Shown here one piece after another: positions 53,471 to 64,000 of a DNA stretch of 64,000 bases. The DNA comes from Nitrospirota bacterium (lineage in GTDB: Bacteria; Nitrospirota; Nitrospiria; Nitrospirales; Nitrospiraceae), in the NCBI GenBank assembly GCA_963701855.1, contig CAVPBK010000003.1, positions 96,001 through 160,000 on the forward strand. Direction: 5' to 3'. Below the pieces are notes generated by a model that was not told the DNA's origin, searched no databases, and saw nothing but the letters and a program-made list of their open reading frames with translations. How positions within the stretch are numbered: position 1 is the first letter of the stretch; each line of letters begins with the position of its first letter. The translations under genes and the position numbers were made by a program.

Positions 53471-54214
53471 ATGAGTAATGCAGCGGGACTAGTGCGCGCC
53501 GATGGTCGGCGAAAAGATCAGCTTCGTCCGGTAAAAGTGACACGAAATTTCATTAAACATGCTGAAGGGTCTGTGTTGATAGAAATGGGCGACACCAAAG
53601 TGATTTGTACGGCCTCAATTGAAGAGAAGGTGCCTCCGTTTTTGAAGGGAAAGGGGCAAGGATGGGTGACGGCAGAGTATTCAATGCTTCCCCGTTCAAC
53701 CCATGAGCGATCCCCGCGCGAAGCGGTCAAAGGAAAACAGGGTGGCAGAACGTTGGAGATTCAACGGCTTGTTGGCCGAGCCCTCCGCGCTGTGACAGAT
53801 ATGGGCCAGATGGGAGAGCGATCGATCTGGCTCGACTGCGACGTCATTCAGGCCGACGGAGGAACCAGAACGGCTTCTATTACAGGGGCGTTTATTGCTC
53901 TAGCCGATGCGTTTACCGTTCTCAAGAAGCGAGGCTTGATCAAGAAGCGACCTTTGACGGACTACCTTGCTGCTATTAGTGTAGGAAAAGTAGGCGGGGA
54001 AATCCTCGTCGACTTGGCTTATACGGAAGACTCAATGGCCGATGTCGATATGAATGTGGTTATGACTGGACAAGGGCGCTATGTCGAAGTTCAGGGTACA
54101 GCGGAGCGGACCCCCTTTGCCAAACAGGAAATGGATGAATTTATGGCGATGGGATGGAGCGGGATTCAGACCCTCACCGCGCTGCAGAAGGATTTGATCG
54201 GGACATTAGAATAG
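53471..54214 (+). CDS. rph: Ribonuclease PH
   Basis: [24 protein letters not shown]. Confidence 0.97.
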   Translation: MSNAAGLVRADGRRKDQLRPVKVTRNFIKHAEGSVLIEMGDTKVICTASIEEKVPPFLKGKGQGWVTAEYSMLPRSTHERSPREAVKGKQGGRTLEIQRLVGRALRAVTDMGQMGERSIWLDCDVIQADGGTRTASITGAFIALADAFTVLKKRGLIKKRPLTDYLAAISVGKVGGEILVDLAYTEDSMADVDMNVVMTGQGRYVEVQGTAERTPFAKQEMDEFMAMGWSGIQTLTALQKDLIGTLE

Positions 54215-54224
54215 GGAAGAGACG

Positions 54225-54834
54225 ATGATTCGCGAATTAGTCCTCGCCACGCGTAATCGGCATAAGGGCGAAGAGCTTGCGGCCCTCTTAGGCGATCTCG
54301 GCATCACGATTCGTACACTCGATGAATTCCCTGATGCCCCGGACGTGGTTGAAAACGGGGACACCTGCGAAGCCAACGCAGTCAAGAAAGCGCGCGCCAT
54401 TGCCGAGTTCACGGGTTTGCCGGCTGTCGCCGACGATACGGGACTGGAGGTGGATGCGCTCGATGGGCGACCCGGTATCTACGCGGCCCGTTATGCCGGC
54501 CAAGATGCGACCTACGAAGACAACTGTCGAAAATTGCTGCGGGAGTTGGCTGGTGTGCCCCCTGAACAACGAACTGCTCGTTTTCTGACCGTTGCAGCGA
54601 TTGCACTGCCCTCAAATGGAACACGAGTGGTACAGGGAATATTGGATGGAGTGATTGCAGAAAAGGCGAGTGGGACGTTAGGATTCGGGTATGACCCTGT
54701 GTTCCTTATTCCAGAATTAGGGAAGACCTTAGCTCAGCTGTCGGCGGATCAAAAAAACAGAATTAGTCATCGCGCCAAAGCGTTCACTCAGGCGAAAGAC
54801 CTGTTACGAGAGATGGAATTCGAGATACTCGAGT

Positions 54835-54857
<23 letters not shown>
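54225..54857 (+). CDS. rdgB: XTP/dITP diphosphatase
   Basis: ADDTGL, FGYDPVF, SHRAKA. Confidence 0.95.
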
Positions 54858-54912
<55 letters not shown>

Positions 54913-55116
54913 TACTTTCAACCACTTGTCCTCCTTCCTCCTCACGCTCCTCGTGCACCGTTCCGGTTTTGCAAATTGTAAACGCCCTCCCAAAGCTACT
55001 CTTTGCCAAATCAATCCTGTGTCGGAAAACAACTAATAGTTGAAGATACTTCTGCCGCTTTGTATCGTTTGTCGCGAGTATTGTTGAAGGCATCTTGATA
55101 CCTTTTTCGATAAGGA

Positions 55117-56541
55117 GTGTCGATGATCTTTTTTGCCTTATGTGCATGTGAAGCAGGCATTTTTCTAGCGTTACTCAGCCTGTATGGAGCAGCCACCAAG
55201 CCTGATATCTGGTCGTTCTTACTCAGCAACCGTGGATGGGCATTCGTATGTTCTTCCATCATCATAGTCTTCTCTATCGGATGGGCGATCCGCACAGTGA
55301 GAAATTGCGTTCCTACGAATAACAAGTATGTGTTTATGACCGTAGGTATGAACCTCGTCATGCTGGTCTTGACACTTGGAAGTACGGAAATACTTGCCCG
55401 CCTTCTATCCAAACAAACTGTAGCAGGCGAGACGGTTCTAGGTGTTGTTCTCCACCCTAGGCAATGGTCACAAGTTGCCACGTCCTTTAAGAAGGTCATC
55501 GATGAAATCGCGTATGAAGATAGTTACATGGTCTACGATCGGATTCTGGGCTGGACTCTGGCACCGTCCAGCAGTGATAGGACGGGCCTATACCTTAGCA
55601 GCACCGAAGGACTACGCAGTCCTCGTGTCGGCATGTCTTTCGCTGACTTACGAACCAGGCATTCCAAAGTTTCAGACCAGCCCGCGTCCGTTCGGATAGC
55701 ACTACTTGGAGATTCCATGACTTATGGTTATGAAGTTCGATGCGAGGAGTCCTGGGGACACGCGTTGGAGGGGCTCCTGCAACCTCGTACACAAGTGCTC
55801 AATTTCGCCGTTAGTGCGTATGGATTGAGTCAGGCCTTACTGCGATATGAGAAGGATGCTCGACCATGGAAGCCTCAAATTGTGGTCATAGGCATAACGA
55901 GCACCATGATCAGGCGGAACATTAACATTTATCCATTTCTTAGAAATCCTGGGGAGAGCTTTCCCTTTGCACGTCCGCGGTTGGTCATGAAGGATGACAT
56001 CCTAACAACAATCAACCACCCCGTACCTGATCCAGTGCAAATCTTCGCCAATACAGCGATCAGTGAAGTGCCTCACCTCGATTTCGACGACTACTATCGC
56101 CCTGTTCAATGGGAACGCGGGGGGGTGTGGCACCTACTTGAGAGATCATACATCTTCCGTTTCGCATACTCTCTCAGGCCTCCCAGTGAGGATCGAGAAG
56201 AGGAACAAAACCTGAAGTCTATGCAGTTGAGCCAGTTTGTGGCTCAACGCCTCGTTCGGGAGGTTGTGAAAGATGGCGCGGTTCCGCTCGTCGTCTACCT
56301 TCCTTACGAAAAAGAGCTTGGCATCTCTACTGCGCCACAGAACGCATATGTTCCTCTTTCCGCTCGCATGCTTCGCAGCGCCGGTATCGAGTACTTTGAC
56401 CCCACCGTGTGCTTGATCGGAGTAAAGGCCTCAGATGCCTACATGAAAAAGGAAGGCCACTATTCGCCTCAATCAAATACCCACATCGCTCATTGTCTAG
56501 AACCAGTTCTGCGAGGAATGATAGACGGGCTTAACCGGTAA
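55117..56541 (+). CDS. Membrane-anchored SGNH/GDSL hydrolase-like protein
   Basis: LLGDSMTYG, VLNFAVSAYG, EGHYS. Confidence 0.8.
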   Translation: MSMIFFALCACEAGIFLALLSLYGAATKPDIWSFLLSNRGWAFVCSSIIIVFSIGWAIRTVRNCVPTNNKYVFMTVGMNLVMLVLTLGSTEILARLLSKQTVAGETVLGVVLHPRQWSQVATSFKKVIDEIAYEDSYMVYDRILGWTLAPSSSDRTGLYLSSTEGLRSPRVGMSFADLRTRHSKVSDQPASVRIALLGDSMTYGYEVRCEESWGHALEGLLQPRTQVLNFAVSAYGLSQALLRYEKDARPWKPQIVVIGITSTMIRRNINIYPFLRNPGESFPFARPRLVMKDDILTTINHPVPDPVQIFANTAISEVPHLDFDDYYRPVQWERGGVWHLLERSYIFRFAYSLRPPSEDREEEQNLKSMQLSQFVAQRLVREVVKDGAVPLVVYLPYEKELGISTAPQNAYVPLSARMLRSAGIEYFDPTVCLIGVKASDAYMKKEGHYSPQSNTHIAHCLEPVLRGMIDGLNR

Positions 56542-56606
56542 CACTCGCTTCCCTTCGTTTACTAAATGACAATCACCTAATCCAGCTGGGCCGCAACTGT
56601 ACCGCT

Positions 56607-56786
56607 CTAAAAGATGGAGTAGATTGCCGGCGCGAGCACGCTTCCTTCAAGAAAGAAAGCGAGCGCACTCAATAGTAAGAGAACGAAAATGAGGGGAGCC
56701 AGCCAATAGGATTTGCGCTCCTTCAAAAACATCACAAACTCTGCTACTAGGCTAGAATAATCTTTCACTCTTGTGGCTGCGTTCAT
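56607..56786 (-). CDS. SxtK-like (DUF5989) small membrane protein, 59 aa, not in the ORF track
   Basis: Hand translation EFVMFLKERKSYWLAPLIFVLLLLSAL...LAPAIYSIF; GGAGGG RBS. Confidence 0.85.
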   Translation of the reverse strand: MNAATRVKDYSSLVAEFVMFLKERKSYWLAPLIFVLLLLSALAFFLEGSVLAPAIYSIF

Positions 56787-56845
56787 GCGTCCCTCCTTAT
56801 CAACAACGGTGCATCATTAAGCTGCAAAATCCTGTAGTGTACTGT

Positions 56846-58123
56846 CTACGACTGAACGGTTACCGGTGAGGTTTTCTCCTTCCGTACAGACGACCATTTG
56901 CTCACGTACAAGCAACACTCCCTAAACACAATGAATGAGATGATCGCGCCTGGGTAGAACCAGAATCCCCCGAACCGAGAAGTGATACCGCCGCAAATCA
57001 ATGCCACGATGACGGACATGAAATCAGCCACCGGGCCTAGTGGCTCGAAGACCTGCATATGCTTGACGTTCGTCAGAAGGCCATCTTTGCGAACCAGCGC
57101 CTGTTGCCATGGACGTTTCTCATAGGGCCTCAGCCTATCGGTTTGGGGAACACCTGGCGCAGCCGTATCTTTCAGGACATTGTCATCGCAGGCATCGATG
57201 CAGGCGTAGCATTTGATGCACTCGGTGTTGATCACCTTCCCATCAAAGTGGAAGATCTCTCTACTGACATCGATGCCCTGTGGGCAGGCATTACTGCAGT
57301 CGCGGCAGCCCGTACACTGCGCCACACGTGTGATTTTTGCCTGTACCGGAGAGATGTTCATGAGCGGCACCATCATCGGGGCATATGGACATAAGATCCG
57401 GCAAAATGCGCCCTGTCCATAGCGCAAGTTGAGCACGATGCTCATAGTAAATTGAATAAACACTGCCAGGCCAAACGCCAGTAGGATGTCGTTCCACGTC
57501 GGCTTAATTTCAAAATTGAAGAAGGCGGTCTCCGCGAAGGCTTTGCCTCCGTAGCCGGGGTTATCAGCGAGCGGCGCCGGGGCCATCACGTTGACCTTGG
57601 GAGAGAATCCGACATTGTGAATCAGAATGATGACAGGTAACAGAAGCACAAATAGAGCACCTACTCTCAATAGCCAGCGATGAGGCGTGTTGACCAGAAC
57701 ATTCTTCTCCCGCAGATTGAGGTATCGGCGCACTTTGAGCTTTCGCAAGATCCAATCAGCGAATTCGATCGCGCCACGCATGTGGCAGACCCAGCCACAA
57801 AACCCACGCCCCCAGATCAGTATTGAGCCTAAAATCAAGATCACCATAATCGAGGCCGCGTTAATGGTCCCGTTGGCGAGAGAGGGCACCCCCATCATCG
57901 CGGTCTTGCCCCAAATCTTGATGTCGAAAACATGCCATAAAATAATATGGAATGCGATATAGGCATGCACTGCCCCTAATGCAATCATGCGATACTTGTA
58001 GCGCTTTGTAGGTGGCAGGTTTACAGGACTATGAACCTTGCAGGAACCATGGGAATCCTCTTTGCGACTTTCTATTGTGATGAGTTGGAGAGGCTGTGAT
58101 GGTTGGTCAAGTACAGGTCTCAT
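56846..58123 (-). CDS. Membrane polyferredoxin (NapH/MauN/FixG-like 4Fe-4S protein)
   Basis: GRGFCGWVCH, FCRILCP, CTGCRDCSNACP, CIKCYACIDAC. Confidence 0.88.
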   Translation of the reverse strand: MRPVLDQPSQPLQLITIESRKEDSHGSCKVHSPVNLPPTKRYKYRMIALGAVHAYIAFHIILWHVFDIKIWGKTAMMGVPSLANGTINAASIMVILILGSILIWGRGFCGWVCHMRGAIEFADWILRKLKVRRYLNLREKNVLVNTPHRWLLRVGALFVLLLPVIILIHNVGFSPKVNVMAPAPLADNPGYGGKAFAETAFFNFEIKPTWNDILLAFGLAVFIQFTMSIVLNLRYGQGAFCRILCPYAPMMVPLMNISPVQAKITRVAQCTGCRDCSNACPQGIDVSREIFHFDGKVINTECIKCYACIDACDDNVLKDTAAPGVPQTDRLRPYEKRPWQQALVRKDGLLTNVKHMQVFEPLGPVADFMSVIVALICGGITSRFGGFWFYPGAIISFIVFRECCLYVSKWSSVRKEKTSPVTVQS

Positions 58124-58578
58124 GGATGACGCCTTTCAATCCGCGCGAGATTTCCGGCCACTTGAGTAGTTGAGGAAGCAGGCGGCTCGATTCGATACTA
58201 GGATGGCTCCAGCAGAAAGGCAATCTGCACAATAGGGTTAGTGGTTACTACATACATATGTACGAATGAAGCGATGCTGCCGGGTTAAGTGAAGGAAAAC
58301 ATGTAAGAACGATTCATTTGGCAAGCCATCATTTCGATAACCGAGGTCGGAAGTTCTCCTTTGAAACTGTCTCCTTGAGGGGGAAGCCCAAGCACCCTCA
58401 CCATTGACACTCTCACACGGACGGCCTAGCCTTTTAACATGCAACCGTTTACACCCCGGATTACGCGCTCATGGTCAAGCACACCAAGGACTTTGCCGCC
58501 TTGGAGAAAGGGCCCGCGTGCGCAAAATCATTTTACAGTGTACAGCCCTAGCCCAACTGGTGAAAGGAGAGAAAGCCC

Positions 58579-59217
58579 ATGCCGTATCCACAAAACCCTG
58601 CTACACCTGGTGCGGTGAATGGACACTATCTCTTTGAGGCCGCGACCATCATTCATCGAGTAATCAGATCCGATCGCTCTCTGAAAGGGGAACAAGTTGA
58701 CGCTCTGTCCAGCATTGCGTGTGGGGCGTTGCAATTATTTCTGGCGGATGCCGACAGCGGGCTGGTTGGAGACCTTGGTATTCCCGAACAGGCTAATAGA
58801 GATGGGCTTCCTACTCTCAGCGATGAATTCTTGGAGCTGGAGCGAAAGGCGTTACTGGGGATCCACGTCTCTCAGGATCTTGTGGATTATATGCTGAGCA
58901 TGGCCAGGGATCTCAGATCGCAGTTAGACGGCGAGGCTTTCCCCCATGATGAAGTCATCGGACGAGTTCGCCAATTCTCCATGACGACGTGTGGTGTAGG
59001 GAAAATGCCCTTTATAGGTTTTTTCACAACGAATCCCAAAGCGGTAGACCCGAAGACTTACAAGGCAAGAGTGCAACGGACTGGGTGGGGATTGATTGGC
59101 GTTGGGTTGATCACTCTCAGTGCAAGCGTGGATGTTTCCACTCACGGGTTCAGCATTCCAATGACTGAAATGTCAAAAGCTCTTGGAAGCACTTTCCTGG
59201 GAAAGGCGTTATTCTAG
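58579..59217 (+). CDS. Hypothetical protein
   Basis: AGGAG RBS, 212 aa. Confidence 0.65.
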   Translation: MPYPQNPATPGAVNGHYLFEAATIIHRVIRSDRSLKGEQVDALSSIACGALQLFLADADSGLVGDLGIPEQANRDGLPTLSDEFLELERKALLGIHVSQDLVDYMLSMARDLRSQLDGEAFPHDEVIGRVRQFSMTTCGVGKMPFIGFFTTNPKAVDPKTYKARVQRTGWGLIGVGLITLSASVDVSTHGFSIPMTEMSKALGSTFLGKALF

Positions 59218-59769
59218 TAGTCAAGCGTACCGGACAATGGAGTCCTTCATCATCGAAAAGAAGGTGAGCTGATGAGGACGCTCGGCAATGATCTCGGCCT
59301 CTCGGACGTAGCGCCTGGCCACCGCGACCTCCCTCACTCATCCTGCTCATGACACCCCACACCGTGAATGCACGGCTAGGCGTGGGGGTCCCCAAACAGG
59401 CCCCCCGCCTGCCGAACAAGGCCCTCTCGTTCCTGGCGCACCAAGTATGACTTCTTTTTTGTTCCGGTTCCCGTCACGGTTCCATCTGCACATTCCGGTT
59501 TTAGGCACGGTTGCCCCTGTGTCTTGCTGTTGCGGCCTGTATCTTGCCGTGGCTGGAATCCCTTGATACTGTTGGCTTCCCGTGGCGTACCGTGTCGCGC
59601 CATGTTTCGTAGCATGATTACCTAATCGGCTTTGGGAGCAGGATGTCGGAGGTTCAAATCCTCTCGCCCAGACCAAGTCTGTAGCCAGTGCTAAGATGAT
59701 ATGGAGCAGTAGGTCTGACAGTTCCGGATCTCATTACTCAGCACTCAGTCCTCAGCACTTCCAAAGAGC

Positions 59770-59810
59770 GCGCCCGTAGCTCAGTCGGATAGAGCATCAG
59801 CCTTCTAAGC
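59770..59810 (+). pseudogene. 5' half of tRNA-Arg(UCU)
   Basis: GCGCCCG-TA-GCTC-AGTCGGATA-GAGC-A-TCAGC-CTTCTAA-GC followed by unrelated sequence. Confidence 0.88.
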
Positions 59811-59860
59811 CTCTCGCAGCTTCCACACTAACGCATTGACAGCATAGCGGAACCTCAAGC

Positions 59861-60399
59861 TTAGCTTGTGTTTGCGCTATGTCGGTAAATGTGCATCCAA
59901 TCCTTTCGGCCAAACCTTGAAGCTGTACCTTCAAGGTAGTCGAATCGAGCGTCAATAATTTTCTTTTGTGCCTCTGAAAGTTCGTTGAATCGGTAAATGG
60001 AAGGTTGTCCGAGGACTGTTGTTCCATATCCTGAGTAAGTTGAGTGTCCTTTGTTAGAGATTCCCAAAGGTCTGGTAGTTCCGTCTCGCGCTGGACGTAA
60101 CCGAGCCATGTTCTAAAACTTGACGGAACTCCCTCCCAGCTTCCTATATCCCTAACTTCTTCATCCATTTCTTGGCCAGGTGAATAGCGCACAAGGAATC
60201 CTGATTCCCCATGAGCGTACTCTGACCGATCGACAATAAACAAAAAGCCTGTTGGAATGTGCTGCCATGCTGGAACTGTACCAAAGCGACGATGTGTTGA
60301 GGTTCTCTCTACCCACTCGAACCCTGAAGGGGAAAAATGATCTTCTTGGTCTTGAAGTAACTGGAACAGTTGGTTTCTTTGAGAGCGGAGCAGAGACAT
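59861..60399 (-). pseudogene. Hypothetical protein, frameshifted
   Basis: Two overlapping frames (…SSDNLPFT / LSEAQKKIIDARFDYL…). Confidence 0.55.
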
Positions 60400-60549
60400 G
60401 GAGCACATTGTAGAAGGGAACCGGACGACGGCGCAAAGACCACCGGCGAGTTTTGTAGGCGATCTCTTACAACGAGAGTGGGATAACTCCTCTTCCGCAC
60501 ATCACCCTCTCCTGTCACCATGCAAGGCAACCCACGCACCGTTTCATAA

Positions 60550-60601
60550 AATTCAGATTGAGGGTCTCGTGGCTGGAGTGATTCGTCATCTGAAGAAGTA
60601 G
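60550..60601 (+). pseudogene. Possible 3' remnant of lexA (S24 C-terminus)
   Basis: IQIEGLVAGVIRHLKK* directly before the DUF72 gene. Confidence 0.45.
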
Positions 60602-60629
60602 GGAACGTCTCGACTCAGTACACTTTCTC

Positions 60630-61520
60630 ATGGAGCTCTCCCCACTCATTCGCTTTGGAACCTCGACCTGGACCTGCGACGGCTGGAAAGGCCAGGTCTA
60701 CCACCAGCAGTACACCAAGAGCACGTTTGCCAGGGAGTGCTTGGAGGAGTATTGCCAGTATCAATACAACCATGGGCCGTTGTTCAGGACGGTTGGCAAC
60801 GATTCCTCATTTTACCATCCACCCATCACCGATCATCTCCGGCGCTATCTGAAACACATGCCCGAAGATTTTGACATGTGCTTCAAGGTGTGGGATCAAC
60901 TGACCCTACACAGCTATGCTAATCACCCCCGCTATGGTGTCTGGGCAGGCCAGCCGAACGTCCGGTTTCTCGACCCTCAGCTCTTCAAGGATTTGGTACT
61001 GACCCCGTATCGAGAGGCGAAGTTCGAGCCGCATACCGGCCCGTTCCTGTTCGAGTTCCAACGTCACGGGTTGTCCGCTGAGAAGTTTTGTGAACGACTC
61101 GATGCCTTCTTTGGCCAGCTGCCCACCGACTTTCGCTATGCAGTCGAATGCCGCAACACCGGCCTCCTGTGTCCACGGTATCGGAATACACTTGCCAAAC
61201 ATGGGGTGGCCCACGTCTACAATCACTGGTCTTCCATGCCGTCGTTGGCCGAACAGCACAAGAGACTGGAGGCCTTCACCGCGCCATTCACGGTGCTGCG
61301 ACTACTCACGCCTTTGAAGATGTCCTATGCAGCGGCCAAGAAGCGAGCGAAGCCGTATACGAAGATTGTCGAGGAGTTGCCACAGATGCGAAGAGAGACG
61401 GTGCAGTTGGTGCGGCAGGCCGTCGGCGAGGGTCGGCGCGCGTATGTCTTGGTGAACAACAGAGCGGAAGGAAACGCGCCGCTGACCGTGCAGGGATTGG
61501 CGGGGATGTTGCAGGAGTAG
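60630..61520 (+). CDS. DUF72 (YecE-like) protein
   Basis: RFGTSTW, NDSSFY, YAVECR, VNNRAEGNAP. Confidence 0.9.
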   Translation: MELSPLIRFGTSTWTCDGWKGQVYHQQYTKSTFARECLEEYCQYQYNHGPLFRTVGNDSSFYHPPITDHLRRYLKHMPEDFDMCFKVWDQLTLHSYANHPRYGVWAGQPNVRFLDPQLFKDLVLTPYREAKFEPHTGPFLFEFQRHGLSAEKFCERLDAFFGQLPTDFRYAVECRNTGLLCPRYRNTLAKHGVAHVYNHWSSMPSLAEQHKRLEAFTAPFTVLRLLTPLKMSYAAAKKRAKPYTKIVEELPQMRRETVQLVRQAVGEGRRAYVLVNNRAEGNAPLTVQGLAGMLQE

Positions 61521-62213
61521 CATCTACGAAGTGGGTGAGGTTAGCGGCTCAGTTGATCTGGGGTTCCGTTGGGGGTTATCGCTTTGTAGGTTCGTACAAT
61601 CTCTTCCCCACATTGGCGGCAATGCTACGTGCTTGTCACATACCCGGCATCACTCTGTTCGATGTGCCCAGCTTCCTGGCTCAGATGCTCACACGATGAT
61701 GGCGCGTGACCTTGCTGGTTCCACTTCGCTTGGCGGTCGGCGGCCTCACTCTTCGTCATGTCCTAACAGTACCACTCAGATCACTGTTTAGGAATGAGAA
61801 ATATGTCCATCTAATGAAACGACATCGCGTAAGGCTACGTAAGCGGGTAGATGACGGTGGAGGGACTACCCGTTGACTCACACCTTCTCTTCAAGCGGGC
61901 AGGACAACAAAAAAATAAAAATCCGAGAGTGGATATCGAGGGTGGCCTCATCGGCCTTCCCCCCCTCTCCCCCCAGCGTTTTGAGTGTGGCGGATGGTGG
62001 GGCTTCTCCGTGTCTCCCCAGCCTCACACGTTGGCAACGATGCGCTGTACTGTGCAGTTTCCTGTGAGGAGATCAAGCGAAAGTCGGTAGCTTACAGCGG
62101 GCCAAAAACCTGGAAAACTTGTGGACACTAATGTTTGCAAAAGCTTGATAGCTCGTCAGTTCATTTCGATGGTCCAAAAACAACTGTTTCTGGACTGACC
62201 TTCTACCATTCGC

Positions 62214-63081
62214 TCATTGTGTGAATGTACGCTCAGCTCGGCTCAGTTTGTCAAGGTCAGCTGTCCCTTTAACGTGATTCCATAGGAATATCTTCAAGAC
62301 ATCGGGAACTTCGTCGAGGCCGCCGGGGCGCAGTTCACGGAACGACCCACCTGCGAATAACCGTGCTGCTCCTTCTGTTTGCTTTGGGGTAGTGGTCGAT
62401 GACTGGACAGCTTCCACAATGCTTGATGTCGGATACCCAAGGAGTAGTTTTTCTGCCGCGGTCTCGTAGTATGGGGATCCATCCCAAGGGCCCGCCCCAG
62501 AACCGAACCATTCTAGCAACACAAGGATTCGGACCCTTTCTTCGGTATGCCCCGCTCAAGGGCGGCGCAAAGCGGGTCGACCTGCACATGGATGAACTGA
62601 TTGAACACCTCTTTTGGCCAAAGCGGTGCAATTGGCTCGGGCATCGCTGCTAGCCATCGATTCCAGTCTGCCTTACCCACTTCTTCACGAGCCCGCGTTT
62701 CCTCAACTTCTCGCTTTGGTCCTGGCATCCCGCGGTGATCAAACCATGACAACCATTTCTCTGTGTCCAGGATGCGCACATTGCTGCTTGCCCACAGCGA
62801 GCAGCGAACCGATACACCGTGATGGTTCGTTAGTTCTACGAGCTCACCCTCACGCCCCTCCAGATAGAGGACGGGCGAGCCGACGCACATGCAGTGAAAC
62901 CATTCGGTAGGCGTCTCAAGGAGCAAGCTCCTCTGCAGATCATCTAGATCCTTTTTGTCGGTCGACTCGAACGGCGTCCTGGCATCGGATATCGGAGAGT
63001 CTTTGACCACGACTCTCACCCTGCTAGCGAAAACCTTGTAGAGATTGTTGAGTACAACGGGTGTCTCTCTTGGAGTTCTCA
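62214..63081 (-). pseudogene. Hypothetical protein, frameshifted near 62530
   Basis: Overlapping ORFs 62513-63142 and 62214-62522 join as ...GIPKKG/RILVLLEWFGSG. Confidence 0.6.
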
Positions 63082-63283
63082 TAATTTCTCCTCGCCGAAT
63101 GCCATGCGGGTAGGCGTGGCCGTTACCAATGATGTGCACCAATAAGGTTTATTTTTGGAACAGGCGGAAGGATACGTCAAAGGCCTCGAAAAATCGACTT
63201 CTCCGCTCTCGACCATGAGAGAGGTTTTTGAAACACGGTGTGCAGAACACATCGGCAAGAACAAGTGAGGATGGTTGCTTCTT

Positions 63284-63753
63284 CTAACGATTCCTCTTTC
63301 TCCACTCCCACGGCGGTATCGGATGGAGATTAGGCCACAAGCCCTGCTTCTTCCCTCATGCTTCCTTCTCCAGGCTCTCAAGTTCGGTATCTCCTGGAGC
63401 ATACTTTCGGTACCATCAGTACCAACCCTGCCTGACGAGTTCCTGATCGACGTTCGTTCCATCCGGCAGGAGCACATCAGCGAGGGTGCGCCTTTACTTG
63501 TCTTTGCTCTGAGCCTGAATGGTGACCTCCTTGCCAAACACAAGCTGCTTCTCAGCTTGCTTTGCTCGTGAGCCGAAGGCCTGGCCCTTCTCAGGGCGTC
63601 GATCCCGCTGAGGTGGACACGCACAGGGTGGGTGTTGTGCAGGCCCTCGATTGTACCGCCGTCGAGGGCGGAGACGACAAGGCCGGTGAAGCTGGCGAGA
63701 GCAATTACAGGCGGAAACGAAATGAATGTGGCTAAAATATGAGATGCAGCCAT
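63284..63753 (-). pseudogene. Thermonuclease (SNase-like) pseudogene
   Basis: VVSALDGGTI, VHLSGIDA, then after a frameshift EKGQAFG...ELVRQG...GLW...PPWEWR with internal stops. Confidence 0.8.
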
Positions 63754-64000
63754 AGGGAAGACGTTTTTATCGCTTTATTTCGGTGAGCGATTCCAAACCG
63801 TGCCATGTCCTTCAGGCGAACATCTAGCTGAAATTATCACTTCGCCCCTCATCCTCTCACCCTTGACCAGTCACGGCCCAATCCCCGACTAGCCGTAATC
63901 CATCAAGGGCTAGTGGCCCCTCCTCTTCGATTCTCCTCTACGTGAGCGCAAGGTAGTTCCACAATTTCAATGGGCTACGGCTAAAGGATTTAACTGAAGG

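Noticed and set aside
59770..60400. Group I intron in tRNA-Arg
   Set aside because: The break is 2 nt into the 3' anticodon stem rather than in the loop, no 3' exon was found, and the following DNA is an antisense pseudogene.
61908..61980. Phage packaging-end-like A-tract and C-tract segment
   Set aside because: No terminase or other phage genes are nearby; the resemblance is compositional only.

Overview
Bacterial chromosomal segment; gene content and repeat style suggest a Nitrospira-like organism (inference). The core backbone runs radA, tsaB-rimI, tatC, cyclophilin, AsmA-like, M24 peptidase, sdhB-like, archease-rtcB, HdrB/SdhE-like, cax, hemW, DUF1800-DUF1501, metH, an HD-GYP regulator and rph-rdgB-tRNA-Pro. 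Four accessory zones interrupt it. (1) 1-5.7 kb: decayed genes and integron-cassette-like TA remnants. (2) 23.8-30.1 kb: two ORF6N genes, a frameshifted RloC-like ABC ATPase and DUF2130, punctuated by nested hairpin repeats. (3) An intact IS1202-like element with a 16-bp target duplication. (4) Tandem islands at tRNA-Pro (48-bp att duplication) and at a tRNA-Arg(UCU) broken just after its anticodon loop. The two most unusual signals are nucleic-acid level. One is a TCRCAAWTTGYGA-centred palindrome kept in two ORF6N paralogues in different reading frames, with a third free-standing copy. The other is a family of about 100-bp hairpins whose arms differ in sequence yet stay paired around an invariant TGCTCG...CGCGCAG core. 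No CRISPR array, rRNA, integrase or reverse transcriptase was seen. All family calls are from motif recognition by eye, not database searches.
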